DNA of 63,995 bases, the filler included, from Hausera hauseri (Eukaryota): NCBI GenBank assembly GCA_046269625.1. It is 12 parts of 12 records of this genome, joined end to end, with 100 filler letters (N's around TTAATTAATTAA, not from the genome) between each part and the next. Parts side by side here need not be neighbours in the genome. Positions count along the whole stretch, not along the records: positions 60,043 to 63,995 come from JBJURY010861964.1; 11 more parts are not named here. One strand, 5' to 3'. The position numbers and the translations under genes are program-made. Below, piece after piece: positions 60,043 through 63,995 of this stretch (position 1 is the stretch's first letter; each line of letters opens with the position of its first letter). Below the pieces are notes generated by a model, which saw nothing but the letters and a program-made list of their open reading frames with translations, was not told the origin of the DNA and did not search any database.

Positions 60043-63000
60043 TTTTATTTTCCCAAGCTTTCCTTTACCCTTCCACTGGACGTCCACAGTGGCTAACGTC
60101 CAGACGGCAATTCTAGGGTCAGATTTTCTCGCACACTATAATTTACTGGTTGACTGCAGTCAACGATGTTTGAGGAACGGCACCACTGGCGACTTTCTGG
60201 ACATGTAAATAGCGTTTCGACTACCGCGCAGTCGACCGGAACGCGGAAGTCAATCTTAAAAAGTCAACGAACGATTCGATTTTTTATAACAATAATTCCA
60301 TTCGTAAATTATTAAATAATAATACCGATATACGATCGAGGTTCAATGTCGATAATTGTGGTACTGCGCCCAATTTTGATTTATTTGACGAAAATACTTC
60401 ATCCAACACCATTTTCAATTCAACTATCTTACACCAAATACCACTTGACTGCACATCACCTAACAACTCACAAATTGATCTGCTACTACTCAAGCCATTT
60501 CATCACTTTCACCGAATCTCTCACAGTTACCTACAACTTTACAACAATTCGCCAACACATCATGTCTACGTGTACTTAAAAAAGACCGTATCTTTACTCC
60601 CGCAAACAGCACTTTACACCACATAGTCACACAGCACCAACGTCCCATACGCCAAAAAGTACGGCCTTTGTCACCTCGTCGTAGACAAGCCGTAGAAGCC
60701 GAATTTTTTGAGCTAGAACGTTCCGGCATAGTACGCCGTTCCAAATCGCTTTGGTCATCACCTTTACACATTGTACAAAAAAGGACGGTACTTTTAGACC
60801 ATGCGGTGACTACCGACAGCTGAACAACTTGACCGTCATAGACGCGTATCCGTTACCACTCATCAAGGATATCCTGCATCGTCTTAATTCAACCACCATC
60901 TATTCGACCATTGATTTAGCATAGGCCTACCATCAAATACGGGTGGCACCCGAAGACATTGAAAAAACCGCAGTAATTACTCCTTTTGGAATATCTATTT
61001 ATGTCATTTGGTTTGCGGAATGCCTCATAAACTTTTCAGCGGCACATTGATTCAAATCTTTCCGATTTCCCGTTTGCACACCCTTATATCGATGGTATTC
61101 TAGTCGTTTAATCTTTGGCCAAACAACACGAAGAACACCTTCGCGCAATATCTCAGCGTCTTAACCACTATAATCTTCAAGACAGTTTCGACAAATGCCA
61201 TTTCTTCAAAAAGCGCATTAACTTTACACCAGTTATTACACCAGACGGTCATTCTGCCCAATTAGACCGAGTCGCAGCTCTTAAAAACATCCAGTTGCCA
61301 CGTACAACCAACAAAATGCGTAGCTTCCTTGGTACACTACACTTCGTACATAAATACGTACCATACTGTTCCGAAATGACAGCACCATTCGCACACCTAA
61401 GTGGCGTCAAAAAACATTAGCAAATTCAGTGGACACCTAAATTGGTTGACAAATTTGACAAGCTACGCGAAGGAATAAAAACCGTAGATATTCTAGCTTT
61501 TCCCAAGCCTGATGCAGAACTTATCCTTACTACAAACACGTCAACCACTGCTGTAGGTGCTGTACTCCACCAAATCTACAAGGGAAAAAATCAGCCATTA
61601 AAATATTTTCCTCGCAAGCTAACAGCACCTGAAACCAGATATTCCACGTTCGATCGAGAACTATTGGTCATCGTTCTCTCTTTAAAGCATTTCTCACATC
61701 TACTTGTCGCTCGTCATTTCACTCTACAAACCGATCACAAGCCATTATTTAACATCATGGCTATGAAACACCCTTCTACACGCCAAGAACGACAAATATC
61801 ATACTTATCTACATTTAATTTGGATATTAAACATATAAACTGGGTTAACAATTTGGTTGCTGATTTTTTATCTAGGTCGATTAGTTCGATTAACTTTTCA
61901 CCGATCAAGACCAATCTCAACAGAACCAGCCACCTCAAGACATGCTTAAGTCTTTTAAGTCTTGCACAATCGTTGACGGCGTGACTTTAGACACCTCCAA
62001 ACCAGGCCATTCCGTAATAATTCTTGCACCATCATTGCAAAGGCAAGCTTTTCACAACGTGCATTCACTACACCATCCTGGTGCTAAAGCCCCCTTTCGT
62101 CTCCTCCATTGACAAGTAATATGGTCGTCAATGCGTTCTGATGTGGAGGCATGGGTTAAGGAGTGTGTGGCTTGCCAAAAATACAAAACAGCTAAGCATT
62201 TAAAGCCGCCACTGTTCCACTTTCCCTGCACATTGCGTTTCAAGTGCGTGCATATCGACATCGTTGGCCCTCATCCTCCAGACATCGGTCATCAATTCAT
62301 TCTCACCATGATGGACCGTTCCTCGCGATGGCCAGAAGCCATCCCTCTGCGGAGCACAAACACCGACACCATAGCTGACGTTTTCATTCGCACATGGATT
62401 AGCAGGTTTGGATCACCTCGCTTCATCATCACGGACCAGGGTCCACAGTTTGAATACAACCTGTTTAAATCCCTTGTTAACCGATTGGGGATCCACCACA
62501 TTCATACTACGCCTTATCATCCCCAATCGAATGGCCTCCAATAAGGTTTCCACCGTACATTGAAAACTTCACTAAGAATTCTCGCAGAGTCCAACATTAG
62601 TTGGATCAATCTTCTTCCGTTCGTTCTGCTCGGCTGGTGGAACACTCCGTCCACTTCTACACGATGCTCACCTACTGAAGCCTTATTCGGAGCTCCTGTC
62701 CGCTCATTATTCGAACTAACCGCCCTAGACGACACTCCCACAGATGAGACGATACGGGCGACGCAAAATCACTTCGTCGAGGTCAGCAAGGATTCGTTTG
62801 GCAGGATACTTCACAAAGATAAAACATACCTAGATCAAGATTTGTACACGGCTAAATTCGTATGGATGAAAAATCAAGCTCCTTGCGGTTTCCAGCCACG
62901 GTATCTGGGCCCTATAAACTTATACAGCTGCACTCGCATAACGCCATCATATCCAAAGACGGTAAAGACTGCACAGTACACATCACCAACCTAAAGCCAG

Positions 63001-63750
63001 CTTTCTTTGTTGACGACACTTTACCGCCTGACACGTTAGCTTCTTTTCTTACTCCTCCACTCCCTGCTATCCCTACGTCTATTACTATACCACTTCCACC
63101 TTCCTCTTCCGCGCCTATTCTCGCTTCATCATTTTCTACACATTCTTCTTCTATTACATTTTTACTCCTCCACTCTTCCTATCTCTACCACTCCTGTATC
63201 ATCTTCCTCTTCCACTCCTTCATTCAACATAACTCCAATCTCTCCTCCAAATTTTTCTTCTCTTCCTTTGTCCACCACTACACCTGTCATCACTCCTTCG
63301 TCTTCTACTACTCTTTTCAATACCTTTAACCCTCCATCTTCAGCAATCACTCTTCCTTCTTAACCTTCTTCTTCACCTCCTTCATTTTCCTCTTCATCTT
63401 CGCACGACACAACACCTACACTAAAATCCACAAATTTTTCCCCAACCTAAATCTCTGCAAACAAACACAATGCACAAACACACAACACTCAGAGTCACAT
63501 TCAGCCAATATAGTAGGGAAAAATCAGTCGAAAATATTCAACGCCTTATACACACTAAGCTCAGCTAACGCACACACTTTTCGTTTTGCGCCTCTTTCTC
63601 TCTTTTTATTTTATATAGTTCTAACTTTGCCACATGGGGGTGATGTGGTGCCCGCGTCAGCTGTTGCCCTCCGGCCCATTCGGTTGGGCACGGCCGGGTT
63701 TGCCGCAACCGATGTGTCGGGCGCTTAGACGGGTCCCGATTTTCCGCCTT
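60043..63750 (+). mobile_element. Decayed Ty3/Gypsy element copy C (close relative of copy A)
   Basis: Collinear with ~50300-53960, with RT, RH and IN motifs. PPT GGGGGTGA, LTR start TGTGGTGCCC at 63644. Confidence 0.95.
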
Positions 63751-63995
63751 GAAAATCGAAATAATTGAAACTGAGTCAAGAAATATTTCATTCGAATTAC
63801 GTGTTATTCAAAGTATTTCCAGACGGTGTTAAGTATATCATCAATCCGGCATCTTATGGCCTACAATCATCAAAACTATATTATATTGCTAATTGTCCAA
63901 AATCTCCCCAAACAAATTCAAAGTATCTGATCTACATTTATTTCATATTCGACTTTATGACAATGATCCTATCAGTCAACGGTCTCGTCATGAAT

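Overview
This window is not contiguous DNA. It is 12 unrelated 4-7 kb contigs joined by artificial 100-nt spacers (N44-TTAATTAATTAA-N44): 1-5148, 5249-11525, 11626-15894, 15995-21686, 21787-25970, 26071-32965, 33066-39876, 39977-44216, 44317-49866, 49967-54375, 54476-59942, 60043-63995. Most contigs look like an AT-rich, transposon-laden metazoan genome (probably invertebrate, standard code, GT-AG introns of 43-201 nt). Host genes: a spliced DHX9, an intronless ZFP91-like C2H2 zinc-finger gene, and broken copies of SBNO, CFAP52, RRM1, SLC35F5 and cadherin. Mobile elements: Ty3/Gypsy, Helitron, Chapaev-like, Tc1/mariner and Polinton remnants. Two contigs stand out. (i) 26071-32965 is an apparently intact tandem Penelope-like retroelement with an extra ORF1 (R/Q-rich N-terminus, C-terminal SGNH esterase). 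ORF1 is linked to the RT/GIY-YIG ORF by a candidate -1 frameshift signal (G_UUA_AAC plus hairpin). The element also carries a minimal hammerhead ribozyme and telomere-complementary repeats. (ii) 39977-44216 is a decayed retroelement in which a chuvirus/gB-like glycoprotein with a PTAP motif lies upstream of the aspartic protease. All calls come from reading motifs by eye; no database searches were run.
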